DNA of 63,898 nucleotides, the filler included, from Octopus bimaculoides (taxonomy: Eukaryota), in the NCBI RefSeq assembly GCF_001194135.2. It is 7 parts of 7 records of this genome, joined end to end, with 100 filler letters (N's around TTAATTAATTAA, not from the genome) between each part and the next. Parts side by side here need not be neighbours in the genome. Positions count along the whole stretch, not along the records: positions 1 to 7,588 come from NC_068991.1; positions 7,689 to 12,042 come from NW_026411578.1; positions 12,143 to 26,842 come from NC_068998.1; 4 more parts are not named here. The stretch is one strand, 5' to 3'. A program made the translations under genes and the position numbers. Of the stretch, positions 1 to 12,209 are shown in pieces. Within the stretch, counting starts at the first letter, position 1. Every line of letters starts with the position of its first letter. Below the pieces are notes generated by a model that made no database searches, had not been told where the DNA came from, and worked only from the letters and a program-made list of their open reading frames with translations.

Positions 1-54
1 TATATATATGCATACATTCATATTCAAGTAAAAGAGTAAAAGAGTAGAGTATAC

Positions 55-86
<32 letters not shown>

Positions 87-983
87 TGCTTATTAGAGCT
101 TTATGGCAATTATCGTATTTAACCAAAATCCATATCTTGCATATCCAATGAACGTAGGTCTATTCATCTTCCGCGAATCTTGGAGTTATGTCCGATCCTT
201 TCTTCGCTTGATTTACATTAAAATATATTGCCTGTGTGGGATCTAGTCTTTCTCTTTCGCAAAATGAGCCTCCTTTAATTTTGCTCAGATTGCTTTCAAT
301 TTTGGTGTATCGATTCCACTCTGAATTTTGATTACGATCAACCAATTATCTTATTTCGTAAATTAAAGAATCTGATATTATTAGGAATTAAAGTTGGGAA
401 ATTTGGGTAATTTTAGCCAATCAACAGGCAACGTAGCATTAGCAGCTTGTTACCAGTACAACCGCGCGCTGTTTTGTGGTTTCCTGTCTGTGCCGCACGT
501 TGTTCTATGTTGATTTTTCACACTTGATTCTTTACACCCGCGTGTTTTGTTTTAATGTTTCTGTGTGTTAGTATATCACATATTTTTCTGTGCTTTTTCG
601 ATGTGTTAGTATCTTTATATAGTTTTCATTTCGTATATTTTTGGGACTCATTGACTCAGCTGGATTTATGATTTCATTAGGTTAATTCTAATCATGAAAA
701 ATTAAATTAGGAGTATTTTTTAAACCGTTAGCTTCACATTCAACAGCTTAACTGAAATTTAACCCACGTAACAGGAACTGAGAAGGATATCGTGGAACAG
801 AGAAACTGTGGGTGATACAGATAATTTGACATTATTTTTTAATTCTGCATGCAAAAACATATAATATACGGGTATTCTTTTCCTTGGGCCAAATTCTTTG
901 TTGACCAGTGTCCTTATCGTAGTTTACAAATCCAAGCATGGAAACGTTACTCAACTTTGGAGTTATGGAGACACACGCCTCCT

Positions 984-1055
<72 letters not shown>

Positions 1056-4000
1056 TTATACATTAATGATGTACACAAATACATGACAGCTATACATAAT
1101 ACTGAAATATATACATAAAGTAAACACATGCAGACAAATATATTAATATAGCAAAATTTAAAAAAATAATGAACACATACAATCAATGAAGAGACAAAAG
1201 AAACAGTAAGATTACGCATGTTGATTTTATTTGGTATTTCTGTTTATTTAGAAACCTACAATGAACAGGTCATGTCACAGACGCTAAGCTATAAATTTCA
1301 CAGTGTACAACCTTAAAGTTGACACCGTTCCGCTAAACGTAGAAAATTTCAGTCTTGCTATTGGCTAAAAATACACAGTTTTTACGATTTTCAAACCTCT
1401 CTAACTTTTATCTCCAGTTTTTTTTTTCTCCACAACATCATCCCTTCATAGCAATGAGACTGGAAGACTACACTATTATAGCCGATTTTCAGATTCTTTG
1501 CTACCTTTTAAAAGATGCGTATTTTGCAATTGAAAATAAAACTAGATCCCCTGTATACATTAATTCTTGTATATGACATTCCCGCTAATCACTCGCTTAT
1601 TACGCAACGAAACATGACCCGAAATCCAACGTGTATGTATCTTCCTTGCATCGAAATATTCTAATTTTAATCTGTCTTCATTTAATCCCATAGAGCTTTG
1701 TCTAATTAATTTTTAATTTCTCATGGAGTTGAATCAGAGAAAAAAATTATGTCGCTTAAACGAATAGAGGTCTGCTCTGTATGTACACGTATGTCTACTT
1801 TTCATACACACACCCAACCGAAACACACACACACAAACGTTTGCCATTACACACTCTGTAATTGCTATCTTGACCTAACACATTTCACCCATCCAAGAAC
1901 AGTGTCTAAGCATTAGTAGGGGATAACGATCGCACGTTCTTCCAGCGTATCAGAATAGAATACGGAAATACTAACCATTAACTTCCTGTGACCCATTTGT
2001 GTGGCTGAACCGGTAGTTCGTCGGATCATATGTTATAGTGTGTTTAGTTAGAATCCTTTCTGCTCTGTGTTCAATTCTTGTCGAAACAAATTGTACCTTT
2101 CATTCTTTCTAGCTCGTTGAAATAAAGTATCAGTGCTGCATTATTTGGCCCATATTCTTCTAATAATGTCTTCTAGTTATAATTGGAAACCAATCAAATG
2201 ACTCAGTTTTCGACACAGAAGGATTTTAACTGGATTTTAACTGAATTACTCTCTTTTTAAATCTAAGCAACAAATAAAATTTACAGCAAAGATGTTAGTA
2301 CAATTAAAGTATGCTGGAAGAAAATGTTAAGCATCGGACAGAATACTTAACTGTAATTGAGTTTGTCTCTTTATGTTCTGAGTTCAAATCCTGATGTGAG
2401 AGACTTTGCTTTCAACGTACTATCTTCCAATACATACCTTCAAAATAACTATATCGATTTAATCGATTATGTTCTTTCAAATATGAGGCTTGTACCAATG
2501 CCGGAAATCAATGTTCATTAACTTCATTTAGACACGCTTGCACAAAGAAAAAAGAAGCATAATTATAATTCTTATATAATTTCTAATTAATAAATAATTA
2601 TTTCTCATAAACTATAACCCCTAGTTCTAAACCTAATTACAATATTTTCTCAGTCGTGAGAAAAAAAATCCGAATAAAATAGACATATACTGAAATTTAT
2701 GTCCATATATACGTTTTACATNNNNNNNNNNNNNNNNNNNNNNNNNNNNNNNNNNNNNNNNNNNNNNNNNNNNNNNNNNNNNNNNNNNNNNNNNNNNNNN
2801 NNNNNNNNNNNNNNNNNNNNNNNNNNNNNNNNNNNNNNNNNNNNNNNNNNNNNNNNNNNNNNNNNNNNNNNNNNNNNNNNNNNNNNNNNNNNNNNNNNNN
2901 NNNNNNNNNNNNNNNNNNNNNNNNNNNNNNNNNNNNNNNNNNNNNNNNNNNNNNNNNNNNNNNNNNNNNNNNNNNNNNNNNNNNNNNNNNNNNNNNNNNN
3001 NNNNNNNNNNNNNNNNNNNNNNNNNNNNNNNGTAAACAAGTACATGTACGCAGTAACTCAATAATACAGTGGACCATGTGCTACCATTAGAGGCAGAAAT
3101 GAAAGCGAAGAGAACCAATATACAAATATACATAACCCACAATTCCATTATTGAAGTAACATTTAAAATCAATTAGCAACGATAAGACAAAAGCATTACT
3201 TAATTATTTCATTAAGCCATACATACACACAAAAATAACATTTCCAAGTAGTGTGAAAATTGATTTAACAGTCTTCAGAAATAACCACACATTAAAATAA
3301 TAGATTTAACTGAACAGTCCCCGAAAAAAAAAAAAACTGCCTTGCAACTATGAAACGTTAGTTTTAACGGTCATCCAATCAAGTGTAATACATAATCATA
3401 TCAGTTGTCTCCCCTTTTTTATGCTCATTCTCTCGGTTACTACCACAACCCCTCCACCCCAGCTATTTATCGTTTATCTGCCTGGCCAAAGACAGAATTA
3501 ATACACACAGCGACCTAGTGATTAGAATGTTTTCACCCATGATCAGAAGCTCGTGCATCCAATTCACGTTCTATATTTGAATATTTGTACAATTTTACAG
3601 TATTACATATTATGATAATACAAGTACTTTCATGTCTTCTGCAATCTTCACGTTTATACTTTGAAAGATTTAACAGGCAGTTGAACTTTGCATTTAACAA
3701 CTGTGGTGAAATGACTGAATCTATCCTTTAAATACCTTCTGATAGTCTCCAGCAGGCTGAAACTTACAAACACTATTGAAACATCTGGTTCTCAACAATT
3801 GTTTTGCCTTGAACCATTTTGATTCCTATTTTACTGGAGTGGATCCTCAAAGCCATTCCATATGTAAAAAAATCTTACATTTTTATAATTAAATATCATT
3901 AAGAATTGTATAAAAAAATTGTTAAAATGTTTTGTGTATTGTAGAAGAATAAGCAAGTTATTGCAGATAAATTTCTTAACAAATCTTATAGGAACCTTCA

Positions 4001-4381
4001 CGGATCGTATGGAACCTAGTTTGTTTAAATATTAAACCAACCAGCGTGCTAATTACATGTCGCAGTTGAAAGTGACAGCGCTTATTCAAAGAAACATTTT
4101 CACGTCTGGACGCTTCTAGGTTATTAGATGGCGATTACGCAAGGTGCTGAATTGGCGTCAAAGAATGCAGACTCTCTCCTTTTACTCTTATTTAGATTTG
4201 GTGGAATATCAAAAACTATAAATGAATGCGAAAAAATAAACGAAACAATTAAAGTATTCAAATACTATCCTTAGTTACATAAACACTGTTGGGTGTTTTC
4301 TTTAGTTATGCTTTATAATTTACGCAAAGTATAGATGGGTTTATAAATATCTAAAATTTATTTTTACATATTTAAGAATTT

Positions 4382-4700
4382 GTGAAGGCGCATGGCTTAG
4401 TAGTTCAGGTATTCGATTCACAATCGTGAGGTCGTGAGTTCGATTGCTGGCGGTGCGCTGTGTTCTTGAGCAAGACACTTTATTTCGCGTTTCTCCGGTC
4501 TAGTCAGCTGGCAAAAAATAGCTGTACCTGTAATTCAAAGGGCCAGCATTGTCACATTGTGTCATGCTGAATCTCCCTAGATTAAGAGTACGCATGCTTA
4601 TGGAGAGTGGTCAGCCATTTTCACAGTAATTTCAGGAGCAAACTGTTTCGTTGATCGGATCAACTGAAACCCTCGTCGTTGTAACCGCCGGAGTGCCAGT
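4382..4700 (+). mobile_element. tRNA-head SINE, family 2 (diverged copy)
   Basis: A-box-like TGGCTTAGTAGTT and B-box-like GAGTTCGATT. The body and tail (gttgatcggatcaactgaaaccctcgtcgttgtaaccgccggagtgcc) match the reverse complement of the copies at 24608-24989 and 35482-35860. Confidence 0.8.
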
Positions 4701-5651
4701 ATAGTTATTTAAAAAGTTACTAAGAAAAAATATCAACTAAACCTAAAGGTAATTACATAAACATTAAAATCTTAAAGTTTCAGAGTAGGCTTAACTGCTC
4801 TCAAGAAATTAAGTCCTTTTTTCCAGAATCGTAATGGTCTGTCACATTTCTAATGCGCACGTTTTATATAGAAAAACCATCTGTATTTTGCGTACATTAT
4901 TTTGCTCCCGACGTCTTCAGTAAAATAAAGCATGACTAAAGAAAGCAACCAAGAATGATCGTGTTACTAAGGATAGTATTTGAACACTTTAACTGTTTTG
5001 TTTCTTTTTTCACACTCATAGTTTTCGATATTTCACCAAAACTAAATAAGATTAAAAGGAGGGAGTCTGCATCCTTCAACGCCAGTTCAGCACTTTGTGT
5101 AATCACCATCTAGCAATTTAGAAGCATCCACACGTGAATGGTGACGACGAAATGATTTGGTGACGAACTGACTTGGTAACAGGTTACCTTCTGACAAACT
5201 AACTAGACATCATACCAATAAAGATATCGACATACATGCTTTCTAGCTCAGACACAAATGGATTTATATATACCAGTCTTTACAATGCACCTTGCAAAAG
5301 CCAGAGCAGGTACAAAACATACGTGCCATCTGAAACTGATCATTAATTTTAAGTAATCAGTGCTAAGTAATACTTATATATTTATAGGTTTCTGATATAC
5401 ATATATAAACATGTACTCCACATGACGTCCTTGGAAGTGTGTATAGAAATATATAGCGTGTGTGTTTGTGAGTACCGCATGTATGTCTCGTGATTTTAAA
5501 TAAAGAGTTATGCAAATTAGTCGCTCCACTTCACATCTCGACACCGCTGATGAAACCTCAATAAGTGTCGAAAATTTGTTACGTTTTCCGTCAGCTCTTT
5601 TCCATCTTCGGAGAAACAGGTTTGTCATATTTGTATATTTACTACTTATGA

Positions 5652-5730
<79 letters not shown>

Positions 5731-5989
5731 GTGTTCGTGGGAAGAACCATTTTAACGATGCGTACTGCCTTAATTCTTCGAAACGCCGGAGTTTTAATGG
5801 TGGCAGCTGATGAAGGGGATGTTTCTATGTGGCCTGCTTGTTTGTTGCACCTTGTTTACCATTTTTGTCCTTGTTCTTTTGCCACGTCATGTACCCAGTT
5901 ATGTATCTATATGTACATGTGGATGAACGTATATACATACATGTACATATGTGTGCATATACTCATATATTGTTTATATATATATATGT

Positions 5990-6356
5990 ATAGTTGAAAT
6001 TTATACAAAAACAAAAGACGAAGACAGGTGTATAAACAACAAGCAAGTGTATTAGTTTGACGCTCGGGCAAATGAAAAAATCTTTTACATTTCGAGCCTA
6101 CGCTCTTCAACAGAAAGGAATAAAAGAAAATAAACAGAGAGAGAATGAAAAAAAAAATTGTCGAGTTAGAGGTTAAGCATGGCGAAATCGACAAGTTTTT
6201 TTTTTCATTCTCTTTTTGTTTATTTTCTCTTATTCCTTTCTGTTGAAGAGCGTAGGTTCGAAGCATAAAAGCCTTTTTTCATTTTCTTGAGCGTCAAACC
6301 TGCTTGTTGTTCATACACCTGTCTTCGTCTTTTGTTTTTCTATGAATTTCAACTAT
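5990..6356. repeat. Palindromic element: two ~170-bp inverted arms around a 23-nt spacer, each arm carrying a hammerhead-like motif
   Basis: 5990-6164 is the near reverse complement of 6188-6356 (atagttgaaat...ttgtcga / tcgacaa...atttcaactat). The arm sequence recurs alone at 8115-8285 and 52803-52968. Confidence 0.9.
6082..6117 (-). ncRNA. Minimal hammerhead-ribozyme-like motif, variant core (CUGUUGA)
   Basis: Minus strand reads CTTT-CTGTTGA-A-GAGC-GTAG-GCTC-GAA-ATGT-A-AAAG: stem I CUUU/AAAG, stem II GAGC/GCUC, GAA-A core, helix III AUGU (ACGU in the 8.1-kb copy). Activity is not shown. Confidence 0.5.
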
Positions 6357-7107
6357 ATATTATACACTCACGTGGTCACCCCAGTTATATCCTGCCTTAA
6401 TTTCCCACTCTTTGGACTTGCGTATCTTAACCACTTCCCGAATTTTCTGCACCTCTCCTCATCTACATAGCAGTACTCCCCACCGGATTACCACTGGATA
6501 TACTGACACTACTTTCACTGGATTTTTTCGTATACATACATACATACATACATCAGTAAATACACACACACACACACACATACACACACACACACACACA
6601 CATNNNNNNNNNNNNNNNNNNNNNNNNNNNNNNNNNNNNNNNNNNNNNNNNNNNNNNNNNNNNNNNNNNNNNNNNNNNNNNNNNNNNNNNNNNNNNNNNN
6701 NNNNNNNNNNNNNNNNNNNNNNNNNNNNNNNNNNNNNNNNNNNNNNNNNNNNNNNNNNNNNNNNNNNNNNNNNNNNNNNNNNNNNNNNNNNNNNNNNNNN
6801 NNNNNNNNNNNNNNNNNNNNNNNNNNNNNNNNNNNNNNNNNNNNNNNNNNNNNNNNNNNNNNNNNNNNNNNNNNNNNNNNNNNNNNNNNNNNNNNNNNNN
6901 NNNNNNNNNNNNNNNNNNNNNNNNNNNNNNNNNNNNNNNNNNNNNNNNNNNNNNNNNNNNNNNNNNNNNNNNNNNNNNNNNNNNNNNNNNNNNNNNNNNN
7001 NNNNNNNNNNNNNNNNNNNNNNNNNNNNNNNNNNNNNNNNNNNNNNNNNNNNNNNNNNNNNNNNNNNNNNNNNNNNNNNNNNNNNNNNNNNNNNNNNNNN
7101 NNNNNNN

Positions 7108-7144
<37 letters not shown>

Positions 7145-7148
<4 letters not shown>

Positions 7149-7517
7149 TTTTATTCTTTTACTTGTTTCAGTCATTTGACTGCGGTCATGTTGGAGCACT
7201 GCCTTTAGTCGAGCAAATCGACCCCAGAGCTTATTCTTTGTTAGCGTAGTGCTTATTCTGTCGTCTCTTTTGCCGAACCGGTTGTCAAGCAATGTTGAGG
7301 GGACAAACACAGACGCACACACATATATACACACACACTAACATATACATATACGACGGGCTTCTTCCAGTTTCCATCTACCAAATCCATTCACAAGGCT
7401 TTGGTCGGTTCAAAGCTATAGTAGAAGACACTTGCTCAAGGTGCCACGCAGTGGGACTGAACCCATGACCATGTGGTTGGTAAGCAAGCTACTTAGCACA
7501 TAGCTACTCCTACGCCT
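7145..7517 (-). mobile_element. tRNA-head SINE, family 1
   Basis: Head (minus) aggcgtaggagtagctatgtgctaagtagcttgc...gggttcagtcccactgcgtggcacc; internal CA/TA tract; tail gactgaaacaagtaaaagaataaaagaat. Colinear with 20966-21372. Confidence 0.85.
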
Positions 7518-7688
7518 AATTACATACATACATACATACATACATATGTATATATATATATATATATGTATATGTATATATATATATTNNNNNNNNNNNN
7601 NNNNNNNNNNNNNNNNNNNNNNNNNNNNNNNNTTAATTAATTAANNNNNNNNNNNNNNNNNNNNNNNNNNNNNNNNNNNNNNNNNNNN

Positions 7689-8072
7689 TTATTCTTTTAC
7701 TTGTTTCAATCATTTGATTGCGGCCATGCTGGAACACCGATTTGAAGGGTTTTAGTCGAACGAATCGACCCCAGGACTTATTTCTCAAGTTTAGTACTTA
7801 TTCAATCGACCTCCTTTTCCGAATCGCCAATTTACGGGGACGTAAACACACCAACACCGGTTACCACGGGGTGGTGAGGAATAAACACAAGCACAAAGAC
7901 ATACTCTCACACACATGCACACACAAATACGATGGGCTTCTTTCAGTTTCCGTCTACAAAGTCCAACCACAAGGTGTCAGTCGGCCCGAGGCTATAATCG
8001 AAGACACTTGCCCAAGGCGTCACACACTGAACCCGGAACCACGTGGTTGGGAAGCAACCCTCTTACCATACA
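7689..8072 (-). mobile_element. tRNA-head SINE, family 1
   Basis: Colinear similarity to 7145-7517 and 20966-21372. Confidence 0.8.
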
Positions 8073-8114
8073 CCTGATGATACATACATACATACATACA
8101 TTGCTAGCCACTAA

Positions 8115-8285
8115 ACCTTTTTTATTTTCTCTCCCTGTTTATTTCAGTGTTCCTTTCCGTCGAAGAGCGTAGGCTCGAAACGTAAAAGACTTTCTCACTT
8201 CCCAAGCGTCAAACTAATACATTTGTTTGTTGTTTACTCACCCGTCTTCATCTTCTGTTTTTTTAAATAAATTTTCACTATACAT
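8115..8285 (+). repeat. Solo copy of the hammerhead-motif repeat arm
   Basis: Matches the 6195-6356 arm. Motif at 8153-8188 reads CTTT-CCGTCGA-A-GAGC-GTAG-GCTC-GAA-ACGT-A-AAAG. Confidence 0.8.
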
Positions 8286-10085
8286 ACNNNNNNNNNNNNN
8301 NNNNNNNNNNNNNNNNNNNNNNNNNNNNNNNNNNNNNNNNNNNNNNNNNNNNNNNNNNNNNNNNNNNNNNNNNNNNNNNNNNNNNNNNNNNNNNNNNNNN
8401 NNNNNNNNNNNNNNNNNNNNNNNNNNNNNNNNNNNNNNNNNNNNNNNNNNNNNNNNNNNNNNNNNNNNNNNNNNNNNNNNNNNNNNNNNNNNNNNNNNNN
8501 NNNNNNNNNNNNNNNNNNNNNNNNNNNNNNNNNNNNNNNNNNNNNNNNNNNNNNNNNNNNNNNNNNNNNNNNNNNNNNNNNNNNNNNNNNNNNNNNNNNN
8601 NNNNNNNNNNNNNNNNNNNNNNNNNNNNNNNNNNNNNNNNNNNNNNNNNNNNNNNNNNNNNNNNNNNNNNNNNNNNNNNNNNNNNNNNNNNNNNNNNNNN
8701 NNNNNNNNNNNNNNNNNNNNNNNNNNNNNNNNNNNNNNNNNNNNNNNNNNNNNNNNNNNNNNNNNNNNNNNNNNNNNNNNNNNNNNNNNNNNNNNNNNNN
8801 NNNNNNNNNNNNNNNNNNNNNNNNNNNNNNNNNNNNNNNNNNNNNNNNNNNNNNNNNNNNNNNNNNNNNNNNNNNNNNNNNNNNNNNNNNNNNNNNNNNN
8901 NNNNNNNNNNNNNNNNNNNNNNNNNNNNNNNNNNNNNNNNNNNNNNNNNNNNNNNNNNNNNNNNNNNNNNNNNNNNNNNNNNNNNNNNNNNNNNNNNNNN
9001 NNNNNNNNNNNNNNNNNNNNNNNNATATATATAGATAGATAGATAGAGGTAGAGGGGACAGGGAATGAAAGAAGGAAAGAGAGAAAGAGGCGAGGGAAGG
9101 AAGGAATGGAGAGTGAATAAAGATAGGCACAATAACAGTTTGAAATCTAATGTATAGTGACGAACGGTGACGGACGACAACGAACAACAACGAACGACAG
9201 CGAACGACATCGGACAGAAGTGTGTTTTTATAAATTATCAGTCTTGAACCTTACACCCACATCGAAAACAACAGAAATAATAGGACATCAAACATTAAAA
9301 CAAATAAATAAATAAAAGCATGCTATTCAGGGGTGAAAGACCGTTTCTTGTCACACAAATATCTTGCCTCAAAACCCAGCATAATTGAAATCAACAAAAT
9401 ATTAAACCAACCATAAATTCAACCAGTATTAACTTTTGGCGACAGTTTTAATGGCTGACGTTCTTTGCCCATTTATTCATAATATTGTCTCTGTTTCATT
9501 ACTTCCATCCTACTCATTCACCTTGTTTTTGCTTTGTCCACTCACTTGGATGTGGTTGTCTCGTCATCGTTATTACGCTTGTTGTTGTTGTTGTTGCGGT
9601 TATTGTGTAGCCAGCCCTGATCCAGAAGACTGCAATCAAATATATTCGAAATACGAACATTCACCCGTCTCCCTTTTTATATCTACCACTTCCTTTGTTC
9701 GCCTTGTCATGAGCTTAAAGGCAAAAAAAAAAAAAAGGGTTAAGATATGGTTTGAAAAACAACTAACAAGCTGTTATTTCTAACATGTCTATCGACCACG
9801 AAAAAATTTCCACGTCTGCATATAACTGGAGACAACTGCTTCAAAACCGTCAGCTTCTATACTTAGATTATATATTCACATTTATGCCAATAACAATTGA
9901 GGTATTTGGTTTAGTTAGTAAATACCTAAACGACGATCTGGAAAAGATGGTGTTTTCAGAAAAAGAAACCAACCAGCTAACTTGGACATTAGAAATACAA
10001 TTCGTAAGTAAAAATGTGCAAGAGGTTTGTACTGTTTTCGTTATAGGAAAGGTTCAAATAAATATTAATAAAAAAGTACACACAC

Positions 10086-10127
<42 letters not shown>

Positions 10128-11177
10128 TCAGACGTACATAATAACAACAGCAACATGCGAACGTACATACCCAGCAAATGGGAATGCATAACTTCAAAAT
10201 TAATGAGAAAGATAACAGTTATGCTATGAACTGCTCTAAAACCTACAACTGCTTCTCCAAGATTAAATATCTAGTTTATGTCCATAGTCACAGGTCTACA
10301 TTGTGTTTGTTACTAAAAGATTGAGGGCTACCTTTGATTTGTTGGTCTACATTACAGTACAGCCAAATAACGATTCACTTTTCATTATTTCGGCATATAG
10401 GTATATATACAGAAGTTTCTGTTTTGTTGTGAAGATATCTAAAGATCGAAACATATCCGGAGTTGTCGCTCGTACTTGCTAACATCAGATCAAATTAATA
10501 CTGTAACTTATGAGATGCTAGCAGAACCACAAGAATTATAACAATAACGCGTCTGTTCGTTCTTCATACGTTCTGGTGGATTCGAACAGGAATATGTAGG
10601 TCGCCGTTGATTTTCGTCATTAGAAGACATTAGACGATATGTGTTAATAACACACGCGGTTCATTGATGCAAGGGGATTTCGACACATCGCAATGCGCCA
10701 ACTTTATTTCGTGTCGACCCTATTTTGTGTTTCAAAGTGACACCGCCGAGTCGATGAATGTGACAAGAGCGAGGGCTCTTGTTTATAGTAACCGGCAGAC
10801 AAAATTATTTGCCGATGCATGCAGATGTCTGCAAAACAGCTAAATAATTCATGAAGTGCATGCGGAACGGCGAGAATCCAAACAATACCGGATCTGTTTA
10901 TTATCGATACGTTCTGCCAGATTTGAATGTGAGTGTCTGATAACAAGGCGACACGCATGCACGCACGCACACACACACACACAAACCTACATACTCACAC
11001 ACGCACACATGTATATATGTGAGTATATATACACATGCACATATAAATATATAATCATGTACAGATTAATTTGTGTATATATTTTACTTCTCTTTATAAA
11101 TTCATAATTATTCATATAAATATAAATATATTCTTACACACACACACACACATATATATACATCAATATACTAATCC

Positions 11178-11228
<51 letters not shown>

Positions 11229-11606
11229 TATATATATNNNNNNNNNNNNNNNNNNNNNNNNNNNNNNNNNNNNNNNNNNNNNNNNNNNNNNNNNNNNNNN
11301 NNNNNNNNNNNNNNNNNNNNNNNNNNNNNNNNNNNNNNNNNNNNNNNNNNNNNNNNNNNNNNNNNNNNNNNNNNNNNNNNNNNNNNNNNNNNNNNNNNNN
11401 NNNNNNNNNNNNNNNNNNNNNNNNNNNNNNNNNNNNNNNNNNNNNNNNNNNNNNNNNNNNNNNNNNNNNNNNNNNNNNNNNNNNNNNNNNNNNNNNNNNN
11501 NNNNNNNNNNNNNNNNNNNNNNNNNNNNNNNNNATATATACATACATATGTGCATATGTTCATCTAAATGCAAGTGTATATATATATGTTTATATATTCA
11601 TGATGA

Positions 11607-11684
<78 letters not shown>

Positions 11685-11976
11685 ATATATGCATATGTCT
11701 ATGTTGCTATAAATATAGCCGAATAGGTAATATATATATATATATGTAAGCAAATAGACACATGGTTGTGTGTGTGTTTGTATATAAGTGTACAGATGCC
11801 TGTGTGTATGTGTGTACGTGTGTGTGTGTGTGTGGACGTAGTGTGTATTTTGTCTATTCATTGAATCGTACTTGTTTGCATTCTTCAGTCAAAGAGAAAA
11901 GAAAGCAAGGAAGAAATGGAGAATAAAAGAAAGGAAAGAAACAAAGACAAAGGCGGAAAGAGATGAAGCAACAGAA

Positions 11977-12042
<66 letters not shown>

Positions 12043-12087
12043 NNNNNNNNNNNNNNNNNNNNNNNNNNNNNNNNNNNNNNNNNNNNT

Positions 12088-12099
12088 TAATTAATTAAN
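12088..12099. other. Assembly gap marker TTAATTAATTAA (also at ~7633, 26887, 32425, 60331, 62344)
   Basis: The same 12-mer is embedded between N runs of similar length six times; it places stop codons in all six frames. Confidence 0.9.
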
Positions 12100-12142
12100 N
12101 NNNNNNNNNNNNNNNNNNNNNNNNNNNNNNNNNNNNNNNNNN

Positions 12143-12209
<67 letters not shown>

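Noticed and set aside
5540-5582. CTGATGA...GAAA hammerhead-like spacing
   Set aside because: The stem II closing pair is mismatched and no stem I forms.
5510-5605. ATGCAAAT octamer / short ORF ending at a CAG/gtttgt donor-like site
   Set aside because: No recognisable homology and no supporting downstream exon.
10429-10458. GTGAAGA-TATC-TAAA-GATC-GAAAC hammerhead-like word
   Set aside because: C3 is missing, stem II has a mismatch and there is no stem I; at best a dead remnant.
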